DNA of 64,000 bases from Trichodelitschia bisporula (Eukaryota), in contig ML996705.1 in the NCBI GenBank assembly GCA_010356995.1, forward strand, positions 558,001 to 622,000, read 5' to 3'. A program made the translations under genes and the position numbers. Within the stretch, counting starts at the first letter, position 1. The number at the start of each line of letters is the position of its first letter. Shown piece after piece: positions 1 to 13,937 of the stretch. The notes under the pieces are model-generated. The model made no database searches. It saw only the letters and a list, made by a program, of their open reading frames with translations, and was not told the DNA's origin.

Positions 1-3000
1 GTGGTCGCGGTGCTTATAACAGTAAGCCTAATGACGCGCCAGCGGGCACCCCTTCCTCTAGTGGACCCACACCCGTTAACGCCGAACACTAGATTCCTCA
101 GATTCTATCGAGGGCGCCGCCGATGGGCCTGCGCCTCCTGCTTCGTCTACCCAAACCGATCCGCCTCGTCAGTGGTCGGGTGATGGGCCTGCTCAGCATG
201 GTCGCGGTAGGGGTCGGCGTAATCAGGGGGGCCGGAAAAAGGACGGTGACGAGAGCAAGGAGAGTGAGAGAAAGGATTGATTTTGTGGCAGGTGTGGTGT
301 TGATTTCTTTACTGTGATCATATGGTTATGTGGATCGGATTACTGTCTTCGGTTCAGGTGCACGGAGCCGAAGCATGGTGCGCATGGAGTCTGCTTGTCT
401 CGATGCGCTTTTCTGCGATATGCTACATACTAGGTGGAATGGATGCGGGAAGGCGGGGCTATGCTATTCGTGGGATGCTTTCAGCTGGGCGCTGGCTGAT
501 GGTTCTTGCGGTTGTTCGTCTCATAAAACGGATTTCCTCCAAACCTCTCGGCCTGCGTGTGCTGTGTGTATTTTCTGTGACTCTTTTCTCGGAGCAGTGT
601 TGAGTGTTGTGTGAGATACTCCCTATCTTACTTCACTTGGTGCGTTTGCGTTGCGTTGGGCTTGATGCTGGTTGCTTTCGTTGGTGCTGTCGGCGGGGAC
701 TGCTGGGAGATATGGGGGTTATTCGGTGTGCCTTTCGTGTATGATGCGATGCTATGAGCCTGAATGGCGCGAGCTATTCGTAGTAGATCTTAGAGAATAA
801 GAGGTTGAGTTCGAGGTTGAACTTGAGGCGCTCGGCTTTTCGCATCACGGTTGCCATAATCACGTGAGGATGGTGCTACAAGAGCCGAATTGGGCAGGAA
901 GACGAGGATTTATGATTCGGCTATGATTCTGGTCACTATCTGATGTTGCTACCGCATGCTAACGTTGGGGTTTCTGCATGGCGTCCAATTTCCATGGGTA
1001 TCGTGGAGTTTCAAACACGATCACGTGGCCTAGCATCCTTTGTGCTGGCATGCGGCTGCGTGATCCCGACCAGGAACGGATGCTGCCGGTTTGGTCACGT
1101 CGCTGAGGTGCTTCTGCAGGGCATTTATGTCGTTGTCTTCTTGGGGTTTGGGTAGGATTGACAGGGTTCCGGAATCGGTAGGCTAGTTCCGTAGGGGCTG
1201 GGTTCCCCTGCTGGTGATGACGAGGGTGGCCCACCAGTAGGATGGACGGGAGGTGACGATGGTACCTGATTTGAGGATGCGGGGCATGCTCTCGTGGAAG
1301 GCTGATGTGGGGAAGGGTCTTTGTTGTGAGTTGGGAGTTGGAGGTTGTAGAGTATGTGGTCTAGGGACAACACGAGAGTTTCTCGGATGCGACATGAAGG
1401 TGCCTGTAGCCATCCTTTCGTGTTAGCAACTCGACTACTTTGCAGCGGATGAATGGGAGAAACGAGCTGGCCTTTCACCAGACGAAAGTCTTCAAGCAGG
1501 CGGTCCTGCACTTCGGTCCATGTGATGTCCTCCGGCCGCGAGCCTGGAAGTGTGCATTTCGGCAGCTATTGAAACCAGGGACTGCTGTTGAAGCTGCTTC
1601 ATCCTCGTCGCGGATCAAACGCTCGTCCCTTACATGCTGAATATGCCCGATTTTATTTCGTAGCTGAATCATCTCTTGCCAATTACCGTCACGCTATCGA
1701 CCCGCTGCCGGGCGTTTCGATCGTTCTGGTGATTCCTCCGCTCGGACTTGCCGATGGAACGTTGAAGGGGTACCTGGTATGTGAAGCAAGTCAACGGAAG
1801 AGGTTGGAGCAGTTTGACTCCACTTTACTGTGTCGAGCTCGCATATGGCTATGCTTGGACTTTCACCAAACTCTTTCAAGCAGGATGTTAGCCGGCAGTG
1901 CGCGGCTCCGTCTGTCGAGTGGTGTTGCAGCTTGGATCGAAGCAAAAGACTGAAGGAGGAGCCAGTCAACCGGTCGACGGAGCCTGGTCCCTGTTCTCGT
2001 CGACAGGGACCGCTTACTACCCGGCACTAACAGGTCTCCGGGATCCACCGGGTCGACGGCTCTCCGCACGGCTGAGGGAATTGCGGGGAGATCCAAGGGA
2101 TGATGTCGCTGGGGCCTCAAATCGGGTGGTACGGTACAGTGAGCGCGAGGGACCGTGGAGTGGAGAGGAGTGTCTACCGTACAGTAACATCGGGCACTCC
2201 CAAAAGCTGTCGAAATTAGCGTCGAATATGGACCGTAGCATCAAACTGTCGGCAAGGTCTAGACGCTTGCCATTGGACTCTGACGTGGTTCTTTCGTTAT
2301 GAGAGATTGCAATCATGGATAAAGCACACCGAAGGCTGTGTAGCCGAAGGATTGACGTTGGGGACTAGTATCGGAAGTTGAAGAACGCGCAAGCCTTGAG
2401 GGGACATTATGACAAACAGTGGGGTGCTTTGTGGGGGAAGCTAAGGGGCTGTTGCCTTGTGGACCCTTCGTAAGGCCTTCAATCCGCTCTGACGTCAAAC
2501 CCATCGCACCCATCGATGAGCCCACGCTAACCATTTGCTCCATCTGAAGTTCAACGCTCGTTCCGACTTGCTAGTTCTACTGTATCCGTAGTTCCTTAAC
2601 GGCCTCTACCATGCTGTTGGAACCTTACCGCATCGTGGGTAACCTACTCCGCAACATTTGCATTTCTCGATCCCACGCTTCCAATCGCCGAGCAAAAACA
2701 AATGGGAGTCACAATCTCTTTGATACTGGCGCGTTAATCCGCGCTTACTTCGTACGGGCTGACGCCGGATGGCGCTTGGGCTTCCGAGGGAGCCAACCGG
2801 CGCTTGTGTTCCGATACGGTATATGGTGACGATGGCTTTGCCAAATCTCCTCAGCCATTTCTTCTCAGACCACCCATCCAATATCTTCATCAGCACAGAA
2901 GTAAACATCCTCGCATCGCACCCGAATGTGTTGAGAACCGCCCCACTCAACGCATAACATTGAGGTACGTTCGCTTAAATAACGGGTGTGGCTGCCGCTG

Positions 3001-4451
3001 CAGATACCTCCGCATTCGATTCCTTGGCTGACAGTTCCCCTGAGTCGGTGGTCCGCGGCCTTACGGTACGGAACTATGTGGCTGATTGGTCCAGTTTTGC
3101 ATATCGGTACCAGTACGCTCACGGGATAGCATATGTGCCGCTGTTGTTGTGATGATTTCGCTGCAGACAAATGAGCTTTTGCGTTTGACTTGGATTCTCC
3201 CGCAGTACGTACTGATATGACATTTCAGCTTCGCTCGGCCGGATCTGAATGCCCCAAAGGCACGGGATAGGGACGTTAAGGCCGTTCGGGCGCCACTATA
3301 CTTCCGATATCCGACTTCGCCTGCAGTTCTGAAGCACACGCGTACCGTAGAGGACTATTTTCGCATCCATGAAATGTCTCAGTGGTCGTGAAATATCGCC
3401 AATCATAATCGAGGGTCCCACACTTCGATCGATTGCTCCTTCAATTAGAAATAGTGCGGAACTTTTCCCGTAGCACCACAGTCTAACAGTGCCTTTAAAC
3501 TCTAAACTGTGATAAGGGCGAAGCAGGTATGAAGGCTGTCTGTGATATGAACGGCCATCATGAAGCGCGACGGTTTTCTGCATGAATTTGTTATCATGTG
3601 GTAAGCTGCCCAATGAGGTGCTGAAGATCTCACTGACCTGGGTTCTGGTTGGCCTCTTCTCGAAGTATATTTCCTAGCGGCATCATCACTGCCAACTCCA
3701 GCAGTGACTTGGCGAAGTAAAAGGCCCTATGAGGCCATGGCGACGCAGGACGATATATAATTGAACATCTCATGTTGCAAACCGGAATGACTGCCAGCAG
3801 TCAGCGCAAAACACTGCTAAAGTGAGAATCTCCAGAGTGGTGAGCATGATGCCCGGCATGGGAAGCATTTCCACATCTCGGCCGTCATCGATCGCCCTTC
3901 ACTTGATGATTTCCAACTCTCATGCAAGCCGGACCCAGATGAAGCTGCAAGTGTCCCGAAGTGGAAAGGTCCGGTTTCGAGGATCAAGCATGAGCACAAG
4001 TGGCGTCAGCCCCAGCACCTGACAGTTGGTCATGACCGAGCTCAAGACCTGGCGCTAAGATCGCTTGCGAGAACTTAAATTCTTTCCTTTTGCGGGGATG
4101 ATCCTTTCGGGCTGTCGGGCCTTGGGCCCTTGCCCCCGCATTCTTCAGCGAGGCTGGAGGCTAGTAGGCGGACGCCAACATGCTGCAAGTGGGTTGGTCG
4201 TTTCTGTTCTACCGGGGATAGCAAGCGGGAAGGAACATCAAGGCCCAATGGCGAACGCCATACTCCAACCGTACGTCCCATCCGGGTACTTGACCCATCC
4301 ACTCACCCCAGTCGAAGGGTTTTATTTCTTTTTTGTCGTCTCTCTCACTCACCTCTTCTATCTCCAAACTTTGACAAGGCATTACGCTTGGGTTGGGAAC
4401 ATCTCCAGGTCTCAATAACATGTCAGACGCCCTGACGATCAATTCAACACC

Positions 4452-5754
4452 ATGTCTTCGACGGACGACCGCATGCCGTCACGGGCACACGCTCAGGCAG
4501 TGGTAGCGATCGTGTTTCTTGCGCTCGCATGGCCATTTGTCCTACTTCGCGTGTGGGTGCGAAAGTACATGATGAAATCTTTTGGTTGGGACGACTGGCT
4601 CATGGTTGTGTCTACTGTGGGCTCTTCTTACTCGTTTGCTCCGACATCGCTAACCGCGCAGTGCCTCTTCACTGCACACGTCGCCATACTACTGGAGGTA
4701 ACTGCCCATGGCGGCGGTACGGATACGCAAGACTTCAAAGAAATTGAAGTTGCCGTCAGTGTAAGCAGACCCTCACTGCTCTGGAAGTGACTAATAGCAA
4801 TCAGTTTGTCATCGCGAACATCGCCATATTCCTAGTGACGACGATGTTTCTGAAGCTGTCGCTTGGCTTCTTCTTTTTGAGGATTGCTGTCGTGCGGTGG
4901 CAGCGGTGGTTCATTTACGGAATCATGGCACTTTCGACTGTTGTCCATGTGTGCAACACCTTCGTTGTCCTGTTCCAATGCAAAAACCCCAAAGACACCT
5001 TGTTGAAGACCCTCCTGCATCAATGCCTTCCGCGAGACGTCATCCTTGGCTTTGCATACGAGCAGGTCGCCGTTGCAACATTCTGCGATTTCGCATTAGC
5101 CATTCTGCCAGTTTCGATCCTTTGGAACACCAAAATGAACAGTCGCACCAAGTTCTCAATCGGTTGTCTACTGATGCTTGGCACTATGTGAGTAATCCTT
5201 GTGGTAAATGATCGAAATATAGAGTACTAACACCGCCAGAGCAAGCATCTGCTCGGCGATCCGGATACGTTATATTGTTGGGCTCGTCGCGATTGACGGC
5301 TTTTTGTGTGAGTGCGTGGCAAATTTCAAGCATCACATACTCATTTACCGTAGACCATGCTGCCAATGCCGCGATCTGGAGCACAGCCGAGATGGGTATC
5401 GGAATCATATCTGGATCGCTCGCCACCTTACGACCACTCTTCCGGAAGCTTGCGTACACCACACGCTCATTGGTTGTTCCACTCCCTTACAAATCGCTTT
5501 CCAAAGGAACCGGGACGCAATCGAGTCGGGGCCAGGACCCAAAAGCTGTGGAGGTGAAGCATATCGGAGTACTGAGCTCAGTAGCCAACATTGAGCCTGA
5601 TCCAGAGCAGGGAGACGTTGAACTTTTGTCGGTTGGGCAGCTTCGAGATGGACAGGAGGATCGACGGGACGATACTTACAGCCTGAATGACGACAGAAGC
5701 TTCCGGAACAGTCCTACGACCGAACAGGCCCAGTCAACCAGGGAAACTGTGTGA
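4452..5754 (+). CDS. PTH11-like (fungal rhodopsin-domain/SAT4 family) integral membrane protein without a CFEM domain; 5 exons
   Basis: Motifs LRVWVR..FGWDDWLM, KLSLGFFFLRI, CDFALAILP..LWN.KM..RTK, IWSTAEMGIGIISGSLATLRPLF. Introns at about 4617-4661, 4761-4804, 5188-5238 and 5309-5352 with GT..AG ends. Confidence 0.88.
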
Positions 5755-8662
5755 GTTCCGCAGTTCTGCGGGTCCTGCCCCACAGGCATTCCATTCTTAA
5801 TTTCCAACCGGTGGCATACCAGGCGCCCTCGACGGGACAGCTTTGAGGCCCAGATCCCAGCTGCATCACAGGAGTCTCAAACCATGCTCTTCAGGCAACT
5901 GCCCCCCTCATGAAACCCACTGGTTTGGTAGCTTCTCCGGAAGACATGGTGGGAGTAGGACAGCCGAGTGGATGGATCTTGTTTGTGGATCTATGGATTC
6001 TCCACGGCGACCACCGGCAATGGCAACGCCACCGACACCACGTTTAGCGACTTGTCTCATTATCACCGCTCAATCAAGGGCACGCGGCGCCTGAACCTTT
6101 TGACAGGCATGGAAAATCTGGACCATGGGCAAGGCAGACCCACCGACTCCATCCGTTGAGTTTTTCACCAATCAGTCGCTCCGGGAACTTCGCATGTTGG
6201 CATGATGTACATGGCGAGCCGATCTTCTGGACTTTCAGGCATTTGGTCACAGATTTTGGCAACTACTTCAAGCCGGAAGAGCTCCGCCCGATCGTCTTCG
6301 GAACGGCACAGCGAAAACTCCCAGATTACCTGGTTCGCGGCATGCGAACTGTGTAACCGGATGCTGAGGCACAAGCTGTGTGCCGGAATCCACGCCCTAC
6401 TGTCCACAACCAAGACGGCGAGACTATGACGTGATGGTCAAAGCGTGAGTCTCCCGAGCTGTTTACCCGTACATGAGCTAACAGCTGAAAAGGAAATGAA
6501 ACTTGTACACATGAAGAGCTAAGCGAAATAGCGGGGAGGTGGGAAAGAGCAAGAAGGAAATGACATTGTAAGGGACATTACTGGGATTTTCTCGTCTCGA
6601 TGCCGATGGCTCTTCGACTGCCGCGAAGGCGACGAGTCTTTAAGGCCACCGCGGAGATCCATCACAATCATGATTATAATAAGTCTCGATGGCGGCCTTT
6701 AAGACTGCACCACTACGCGGTTATCGGGGAGCCACCGGCTCGCGCGTTTCGAAGCCTGATTCCGGGAGCAATTCGCTGGATATTCTGAAATTATTGCTGT
6801 CCTGAAGCGACGGCTTTGAGAAGTTCGGTTTTTGACGGCTGGCTGCGTCTCAACGTGGCTCCAAATTGTCCACTACATCAAGTCTTTTTCCTGAGGCGGA
6901 CTAGGAGGCTGGCCAACACCCGCCGAGCGCTCTAAGATACGCTGGGTGGAATGAGTCCTGGGAATAGATATTGACGGTCGAACTCTTTCCTGGCGCAACC
7001 TCACCCCTTCATAGCTCTTCCATCTTCAGTCGTTGGTGTCTCCCCGAAGGAGTATGTGGACTGAAATAATATCACACCAGTTCGAACTGATTTTTGCCGT
7101 CTTTAGTGTACTCACGCAGTGACTCACCTGGCGCCGGAGAGCCCGTCCAACTCCGATTCACCGCGGAGTATCCAACTTTCTGGCAAGCCTGCCGCGTCTT
7201 CGCTGCTGAAAGAAAAGCAGACGCCTTCCGGTCGCTGCTGAAGTGGTCGTGGCATCTCACCCGCCTGTGGGCCCTTGGTGATCTGGTTTACATCGGCTAC
7301 GGTGTCTGGGAGACGAGATGCCCATTTCTGGCGCTGATGATTCCCGGCTTAACGTTCTGGTTTCAAACAGCCACTCCGAGCCATAGGCCAGCATCGACTA
7401 TGGCCGCAGATATGGAAGACGAACTGCTAGCACGACGGTGAGAAAATTCGATTCATCTTGAGCACAGTCCATAATCGGCGTTTTACTGTTGACCAGCTGG
7501 TACGAGGCAGGAGCATTTTTATCAGGAAGGTGCATACTTATCTGCGGAAGGGCCGTGATGTAATGTGTGCATGATAGGAGGTAGGAGCAAAGAAAGGCAG
7601 TTAGCATCACAGTGTATTCAGTCTCGAGCACCTTTGACTCTCTCCTCTCTTCATATTTCTCACAACCTTTCACTGCACACCGGAACTATTGCATGTGTCA
7701 AGCCTATGCTCCATTACAAGGCGACTAAAGAGCGAAGTAGGATGCTACGGCGGCCTGATGGTCGGCCTTCGTTTGAGGGTCGTAACTGTGGAGAACGTAC
7801 GTATAGCAAGACCTTGCCGATTGCTAGTCCGCTAGCTTTTGCAGTGATGTGATGCCTCCTAGAATCCCAAACTCTCAGTTTCGAGTTGGAGAATCTCTCC
7901 ATTGAGAAAGTGGGTCTTCGAAGTCAGCATTTTCAACCGTTTAAGCTAGCGATACCAAAGGGACAAACTCGCCGCTGAGGTGAGTTCAAGCTTCGGACCT
8001 GCAGCCGAGTCTGTACCACAAGCGGCCGAACACCCGAAGCCCTCGGTTTCACAACCCGTAGGTCCCCACTCCGAAGGTCCTAGGCCACCCACCAACCGCG
8101 AATTCGCACTTCATCCCCGCACCAAACTTCAAGATCGTCGGTGGGATTTCCAAAGTGGCGCCCCATCACGGGATCACGCTGCGCCGCTTCGCATAAAGCT
8201 TCGCGCTAACACTGGGGTAGGCTGACCGATTAGAACTAGGGCTGGGGGTAGAGTACCAGGCCACGACAACCACGGACCGTGAAGACAACACCTCCGCTTC
8301 TTAGTCCAACATTTGGAACTGTAGTCCTGAGAACATCGTATTTTCGAGACCTGCTGTGCTTGAGGCGGTGGTTTAGAAGGTATGTCGCGCTTTTTGCTGT
8401 CCTACTGCTTCTAGTTAGCTGGATATCATGGCTCTGTGCCCCACGGTGTCAAGGTACTGATCTCGTTAAGTGTCTATCTGGTGCCTGGGGAAAACGACAT
8501 GCGGTGGTCGACGTCGGCTTCACCTTCGTTATGACAGAGGCCTCGCCCTGGCCATCATCACTGGCTTTGCCGCTCTTCTTCATCTACAGGCGTCAACAAC
8601 AACACCATCCAGCTGCCTTCGACCCTCCACCGCCCACCTCCTCCACCGGCTTAACCACCACG

Positions 8663-10153
8663 ATGGGACCCCCGCACCCTCCCAACGGCGAGTTCTTCCC
8701 TCCCTCCCTTACCCCCCGCCGTCCCGATCCCACCACCGCGCGCGCAGGAGACCGGGACAGAGCCCTAACCCTCAAACTCCACCGCTGGGCCTACACGCCG
8801 CTCCTCCCTTTCCCCACTCCCACAGCCCTGCACCCCCTCACCCCAGACCTGTGGTCAACAACCCACCCCCCGATATCTCCACAACCCCACGCACCCCTCC
8901 TGCATCTCCCCGCCGAACTCTTCTCAGCAATAATAACTCAACTCGCCCCCGAATACACCGTCTCCCTCTCCCTAACCAGCAAACTCGCCACCTACCGCCT
9001 CTACAACCACCCCTGGTTCGCCCTGCACCGCACCCTCGCCTCTCTCCAGAGGCATACCATAACCACCCTCCTCAGGCGCGACGCTCCGCACCGCCCGTGC
9101 CGCACTTGCCACACGCCCCACGAGAAACCCGCCCAGCCCACGCCCTCCCCCGACTCATCGCGTTACACCTGCCACCGCCGCCCAACCTGCCTCGCCATTC
9201 CCATCCCCCTCGGCCAGCGCTTCTATTACGCAACAACCCGCTGCCACGCAGCAATGGCCTGGCGCGCGCGCCTCGCTCCCTCTTCTCCCGTACCCGCCGC
9301 GCCCCCGGGCTGGACTCCCTGCCCGCCCGCCGCCGCACCGCCGGGCCCGTTCTGTCCCCCGCTCGAGGGAGAGAGCATCTTCGCCTTTAGCAGCGTGTGG
9401 ATGCGCGTCGCGGCCCTTGAGCCGGCGGAGGGGCAGCTGGTGGCTGAGGCGCGGTTCTGCGGGTCCGGCCACAAGGCTGGTACCACGGGCGCGGACGAAC
9501 TCGACACCGCTGCCATCCTTATCCTTCACCTAACGGCGCGCATTGTAACGCCCGGCCCAGCGCCGGACTGGGAGCTCCTGGCGCCGTGCGTTCATACTAG
9601 GATGGGAGCCTTGATGCGCCGCCGCAAGCTGCGAGGGCGCCTCCTCGCGTGTGCACACTGCGGGGTTGAATTCCGCGGGACCGTGTGGTGGGGGGTGGGG
9701 GCGTGTCTTGCGAGTGTTGAGGTTTGGATTAATCTCGGGGGGCGGGACGGACGGGGAGGGGTGTGGGATGTCAAGGGAGGAGAGGTGGGCGGGGGGGATG
9801 TAAGAGTTATTGATGCTCCGGACCCGTGGGAGGGGATGGATGTAGAAATGGGGACGGGGGTGGGGGAGGGGGAGTGTTTGGCGCGAAGCTGGGAAGACAG
9901 AAGTATACCGAAGCAGGTGGTGAAGGTGCCGGAGTGGGATCCGTATCGGGATTTTTGGGCGAAGAAGCCGAGGCCGGCGCTGAGGGGGCCGAGGCCGGGG
10001 ATATGGACTTGTGTGAGGGCGTGGGTTGGAGCGGTGGTGGATTTTTGCAGAGAAGAAGGGGGGGATTATTGGGGGCTTGATATGAGGACGATGAAGTACA
10101 TGAGCACTAACGTACTGGCAAACAGGGAGGGAGAAACAAGTTCCGAGGAATGA
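8663..10153 (+). CDS. F-box-like domain protein with Cys/His motifs (hypothetical)
   Basis: Long ORF, likely ATG at 8663. LLHLPAELFSAIITQL..SLSLTSK is F-box-like; CRTCH, PCVH and CAHCGVEF..WINLG follow. Confidence 0.65.
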   Translation: MGPPHPPNGEFFPPSLTPRRPDPTTARAGDRDRALTLKLHRWAYTPLLPFPTPTALHPLTPDLWSTTHPPISPQPHAPLLHLPAELFSAIITQLAPEYTVSLSLTSKLATYRLYNHPWFALHRTLASLQRHTITTLLRRDAPHRPCRTCHTPHEKPAQPTPSPDSSRYTCHRRPTCLAIPIPLGQRFYYATTRCHAAMAWRARLAPSSPVPAAPPGWTPCPPAAAPPGPFCPPLEGESIFAFSSVWMRVAALEPAEGQLVAEARFCGSGHKAGTTGADELDTAAILILHLTARIVTPGPAPDWELLAPCVHTRMGALMRRRKLRGRLLACAHCGVEFRGTVWWGVGACLASVEVWINLGGRDGRGGVWDVKGGEVGGGDVRVIDAPDPWEGMDVEMGTGVGEGECLARSWEDRSIPKQVVKVPEWDPYRDFWAKKPRPALRGPRPGIWTCVRAWVGAVVDFCREEGGDYWGLDMRTMKYMSTNVLANREGETSSEE

Positions 10154-10320
10154 GAATGCGGAGACGAGACGGAGGTGTAATTATAATGCTAATCCAACCA
10201 ACAACAAGGAGATCGAGATCGAGGTTATATCCCCCACCCCTTCTCCACAACGGATCCGTATTCATGAGTCATGCCGTGCGTAGCGATCGTCAGTGCAATC
10301 GTAAACCCGATAACTTGGTA

Positions 10321-11979
10321 TTAAACAGCCGTTTCCTTCCCTACCGCCGGGGCCCCGGACGGCACCCCCGCCGTCGCCGTTGCCGTCGCTGTCACCGTTC
10401 CCGGCGACGTAGTTGCGGCCGTCGCAGCCGGTTGCGGGGCCTTGTCCACTGCCGCAACGCCCTCATGCGCGCCGGCCGGTGCCTCTGTGGGGGTGTGCAC
10501 CTTCTCGGCATCGGAGATCGTGCCCGTCGTCTGGGAATTCGTGGGGCTGACCGTGGCAGCGAGGCTGCTCTCGCCCGTGCCCTGCCGACTAGGCGCGGTG
10601 GGGGAATTAGGCGGGCTAGGCATGGGCGGGAGGGTAGTGTAGTGGCCGGCGGACTGGTGGAGGACGTCCCACCACTTTGCGGCGTCGATGGGGGTGTGCG
10701 CTTTGAAGTGGTACTCGTGGGTCATGGACATGGTGTTTCCGATGCGGCCCTTAGACACGTCTTTGCCTTTGACGTCGAACTTGTCGCCTGCGATGCCGCC
10801 GACCATGCACTCGGGCAGGTAGAGGGAGAGTTCTGGGGTTGGGTCCTTGATGAAGTTGTCGTCTGTCTTGTATTCGTGCAGGTAGTGCGCGGGCGTGACA
10901 ACGTAGTAACTCGTTTCGTACTTGCGCATGAGCTTCCCTTTGCGGTCCAGGCTGCCGGAGATGAGCGGCTGCGTCGTCATATGGTTCTGGTTCGGGAAGC
11001 CGATGTTAGCGATGCTGCGTGGCGGGGCCTCTGGGTCGATGAGCACACCCTCGGAACGGCGCACGAAGGCCGCCCACTCGAAGTCTGGCGGGATGCGTTG
11101 CGCGATGGACACCATCTCGCCGTAAAGGCTCTTGGTCAGGTCGGACTGCTTCGTGATGATGGTGTTGAACTGCGCGAGGCCGTGCTGGATTGTGCTTACG
11201 ACGTGGGCTTCGAATTGGGCGAAGCTGCTCTGCACTTGCAACAGGTCCTGCCGGTTGTTGTTTTCTTCTTGCACCTGCTTGTGCAGGCGGTGGAGCAGGC
11301 CGCGCTGCAGGACGTAGGGATCTTCGGGCGCGGTGACCTTCCCCGTCGCTCCGCTCTCCACCGTCGCCGTCGCCATGGCCAGTTGTTGGATGTGCTTCTG
11401 AGTTACCTCGCGCGCCTTGTCGACGGCCTTGCTGCCCTTGCCGGCGCCCTTGGCCAGTTCCTTGTTCTTGCTCTTGATCTCGGCATGCAGGCGCTCGAAG
11501 GTGGGCAAAACGCCGGTCTTCAGCGCTTTTGCCGTCTCGTAGTGCGAGTTTGCGATGCCCTGTACGATAAGCTTGCGGCCTCCCTAGACGCGGGGAAAAA
11601 AATGCGGACCTGCGTGTTGGACCGGATGTTTTCGAACATGCCAGCTACGCCTCCAAGACTCTCGTCGAAGTGGTGCGCTTCACGCAACGGGCGCGAGACA
11701 TGCTACGCGGGTCAGCGGCGCTATTTGAGGCTGTAAATTTCTCACCTTCAGAATCTTCTCATGTGCTTTTCCTTGCTCCGTCTGCAGCTTCTCCAGCGAT
11801 GTGAGGTACTCCTCGAGGTAGCCGCAGGCATGCTTCCAGGCCTGCAGGCGCTCGGAGAAGAGACGTGTCACCTCGCTGGTGTCTTCGCCGGAAAGGACAT
11901 CGTCGTCACTGAGGGTTGAAGAGCGCGTAGCGTTGGTGGCACTACGCTTGGGGATGGTGCTTTCGGGTTGCGAGGCCAT
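10321..11979 (-). CDS. SLM1: Slm1/Slm2-like BAR-PH domain protein; 3 exons
   Basis: ERLQAWKHAC.YLE N-terminus and PH domain GSLDRKGKLMRKYETSYYVVTPAHYLHEYK..PELSLYLPEC. Introns 11703-11745 and 11560-11609 join the ORFs in frame. Confidence 0.85.
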
Positions 11980-13937
11980 TGTCGCGGTGGGTTGGCGGGT
12001 TCGTTATGAAGAGGGAGGGGTGGGTGAGGTGAGGGGAAAAAGGTGAGTGGGGGAGAAGCTGAGTAAGGGTACACAGACGCTAAACCTAGGGGCCAAGGGA
12101 TGCGACTTTGCTAGTGATAGATGAATTAGGGCGCTGGGAGGAACGCGTCGAATAGCTGATGCCTCGATTTGATACAAATGGACGATGATATGGAGAAAGA
12201 GAATGATAGAATGTGACGGAGATAGAGACGAGGGGCAGATGACAGGCTCCAACCCCTTGTAGATCGGCCCGAGAGCCTTCGATGACGTTTTGCCCTCGTT
12301 CTTCAAAGCCACTTCGCCAAGCTGAGGGGGGGAAACAGCCACACCGACTGTTTCTTGATAGTGGCGTATTGGCGTCAACTACTTTTGGTTGTCTCCTGGA
12401 CAAACATCTGTCATGCATCTACATCTGATATACGCGCCGAACGCACTGCACGTGCTGCTGAGAGATGATGAATATGCTTGCTGCTCAATGTCAATCAGCA
12501 GCTGCTTTGAGAGTTGACTGGAGTTGCCTCATTGCGGCTTGTGTGGGGGTCATGGATAACAGCGTTGGACATGTTATCAACGTCGGATCGCTAAACAAGC
12601 CTGTGCTCACAGAATGGAAGTCAACTGAGAACTCCTCCGCCACAAAGGACCATATTCAACCGGTTCAAAGGGATTCCAGACTTCCACTAACAGGCAGTCC
12701 GCCCAAAATCAGCCAGCAAGACAGCACACGTCGTCTCACGCTTGTAGGTGGTAGCAGGTCGACCGAAGGAAACCTGAAGTTGCGATCAGCGAATCGTCAA
12801 ACCTTAGCGTAGGTGCCAGTCGGTGCGGCCCGATGTCGACACCTAGAAAAGCGAGATTGCCCGGGATCGTGTGTCGAAAACCGTTGACTTCACTCTCTGT
12901 CCAAGTCCTACAGGAAGACGCGCCAGCCATGCTACTGCAAAATGCGGACAGCCGATCGATGGCAAAGACTCTATTGCAGTAATAAGAAGATACGAGCCAT
13001 ATATTGTTCCGTCTCGTCCTCTGCCCAGTGAGCTGACGGTTCTCGGGTCTCGCGGCTGCCGGCGCTTCCGGCGGTCGTCAATTGCGTAGAAGCGCGAACA
13101 AAGGCGTCACCAGAGTAGGAGTTGGCCGGGACACGGAGAGCGCGCCGCGGAGTCGAAAGGGTGCTATAGGATCGGTCCGAGAGAAGTGGGATTGTAACCG
13201 GGGCCCAAGGGTAGGGGATGGTGTTGCAATCTCGGAGTATGGAGTAGGTACACGGCGAGACCTTCTAGAATGCCCACAGAATGAATGGACGTCCAGGCTT
13301 GTAGGCCAGCTGCGGTGGAACATGTACTCGGAGCTGAGGGGTCGTTGGGCATGATGCTTTTGATACTCCGTAACCTGTCCCGATCGTGTGGGGGTTGAAG
13401 AGAAAGAGTGAGAGAGAGAGGGGAAAAGGACAAGAATAGACCACGGAAATCAAAGGGTAGTTCTAGAGCCATTAAAACAGCCCACCCGCCCCCAAAAGGG
13501 CCAAGAGGCCAAACGCCTTCCCCCTTAGGGTCTAATCACCCCCATCTCCCTAGCATCAAGCCCTTGCATTCCTCCCTAAAGCGCAAAAGTTTACAGGCTT
13601 CAAGGCGTCAAGACGTGGGCCTAACAGACGCCACACCCCTCTCTAATACGCTCAGTTGTGCGACAAGCGGAGTACAATCTCTCTCTACCTCGCTGGAGTG
13701 TCTGTCTACCACCTGTCCAACCTCAACACCAACTTCCCTCGTGTCTCTCTTGTCTTCTTCCACTTCTTCACATTCATCACGGACCTTTATCTCTCCCTCC
13801 ATTTCATGCTGCACCGACGGCCGCCCCAACCTGACTCCGAGTCCCGTACGAACATCTCATGCTCGCCCCTTCGCCGCCCTCTGCGACGCTGCGCTCCGTG
13901 AGCCTGTCGGCACATCTACATTCCTCCACCCGCCCAG

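Noticed and set aside
8279..8662. N-terminal extension of the 624-aa ORF from a GTG start
   Set aside because: Non-ATG start in a eukaryote and different composition; ATG 8663 is more plausible.
10150..11736. 528-aa plus-strand ORF
   Set aside because: Antisense shadow of the Slm1-like gene, expected from GC-rich codon bias; no recognisable motifs.
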